Of a stretch of 64,000 bases of DNA, positions 62,625 through 64,000 are shown piece after piece (position 1 is the stretch's first letter; each line of letters starts with the position of its first letter). The stretch spans positions 21,514,001 through 21,578,000 of the forward strand of contig OZ024745.1 of NCBI GenBank assembly GCA_964016885.1. The letters are read 5' to 3'. Both the position numbers and the translations under genes were made by a program. The notes beneath the pieces are model-generated. The model saw only the letters and a list, made by a program, of their open reading frames with translations. It had not been told where the DNA came from and did no database searches. The stretch comes from Eledone cirrhosa. Lineage: Eukaryota.

Positions 62625-63002
62625 TTCTCTATCTATCTATATATCTATCTATACGTTTACCTGCCTGTTTCCTTCATTCCTTTACTCATAAGTTCTCAAT
62701 CGTTCTCTCATTTTCCTTTACATTCCTTCATGCTTTAAACTAACAGATATATTCAATGATTTAATATTCTGTTCTTGTTTGTCAGCTATTATTTCTCTGA
62801 TCACTTTCTACAATACATTACATTAATGAAACAATGTATGCCGCTTCTGTCAAACATTTCATGAGACGTGGGCAATGCCATCACGTTCAGAAAAGCAATC
62901 TCTTTCGCCTACACGGATTGTTTACCAAAACATTCTTATATAATAAACACACACACACCCATACCCATACAGACACACACGCTCTCTCTCTCTCTCACTC
63001 TT

Positions 63003-63036
<34 letters not shown>

Positions 63037-63147
63037 TTTAATGCGATGTAATACCAATGATGGTTGGAAAATCACTGACGAAGGACTATTTTTATCATAT
63101 GTAACCCATATGCAAACCACGCAGTATTCTTCTTTCTTCTCAATTTT

Positions 63148-63206
<59 letters not shown>

Positions 63207-64000
63207 ACGGCAGGGACCTAGCTGAACTCATATAGGGGGTACAGTCCATATATGGGCATGCAATCAAAACATAGCAGTAGTATCATATCGAACAATCCTA
63301 AAAATTGTTGTATTTCTTGTCTGTTACGGGGAGTGGTCAATGAGTTTTGTATGTCATGTACTTGGTTAAATTCCTTCATAGCGGTGGGGGAAAGGGGGGG
63401 GGTGCTGAACTAGCCTGTAAAACAAAGACGAGGGAGTAAAATGACATTCTGAACTGTGGATGCCAGGCCGGTCATGCATTAAGAGAGAATTCTTTACAAC
63501 TGTCTCTTAAGGGGGTAAAATCAGCATAGGAAAATCAAGGAATGTTGTAGAGTGAAGGTGTGTATGCCAGGTCATCAGTTGGCTAAAGATCAGGATTTTA
63601 ACCATGTACAGACATACCAAAATTCATTTTGTTTATTAAAATAATAATCAAATTAAATTAATTCTACAGTTAAACACATAGAGAAATACTAAGTTTGTTA
63701 CCAAAGAGCCAGAAGATTGACAAGTCGACTCTAAATATGATTAACATCACTAAGAAAGCCATGAACGACACCACATCTTTTATTACTTCGATTTTAAAAG
63801 TAGGTTTATAAATATTAATCGTCAGTAGTTTTCTAGGTGGCCTAGTTAAAAGTATTAGAGACGGGGGTGATCTTGGTATGGAGTTCACTCATGAGATACA
63901 CGTTGAGGCCCTCACTGACGTTTTCAGTTTTTTTTTCTACGCGATGTAAAAAAAAATTGAGAAAGTTTTGTAGGACACCACACACGTATCTCCTAACCAA

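Overview
AT-rich, very microsatellite-dense eukaryotic DNA, probably from an invertebrate animal. The SINE and repeat content resembles cephalopod (octopus) genomes, which is my inference only. I found no host gene I can support, and most predicted ORFs are translated simple repeats. The window is a mosaic of retroelements sorted by the microsatellite they sit in. (ATT/TAA)n holds a near full-length but disrupted Tx1-clade LINE and two R4/Dong-like elements. (TATC)n holds truncated Tx1 relatives, (TATG)n holds RTE elements, and (TA)n/(CA)n holds decayed Penelope-like (GIY-YIG) elements. tRNA-derived SINEs, a CRE-like fragment and a mariner-type MITE are also present. The main discovery is a dense set of small non-coding, mostly fold-back elements from more than 10 sequence-unrelated families, nearly all inside (TA)n tracts. 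Together they carry more than 20 type-I hammerhead ribozyme motifs (about 14 with intact cores). Three families show about 520-nt repeat units, one copy starts at its own ribozyme cleavage site, and 9-10 families share a covarying 2-nt-bulged hairpin just downstream of a fixed internal 3' endpoint. I read these as non-autonomous Penelope/retrozyme-like RNAs with a shared cis-acting signal. All coordinates and folds were read by eye and none were computed.
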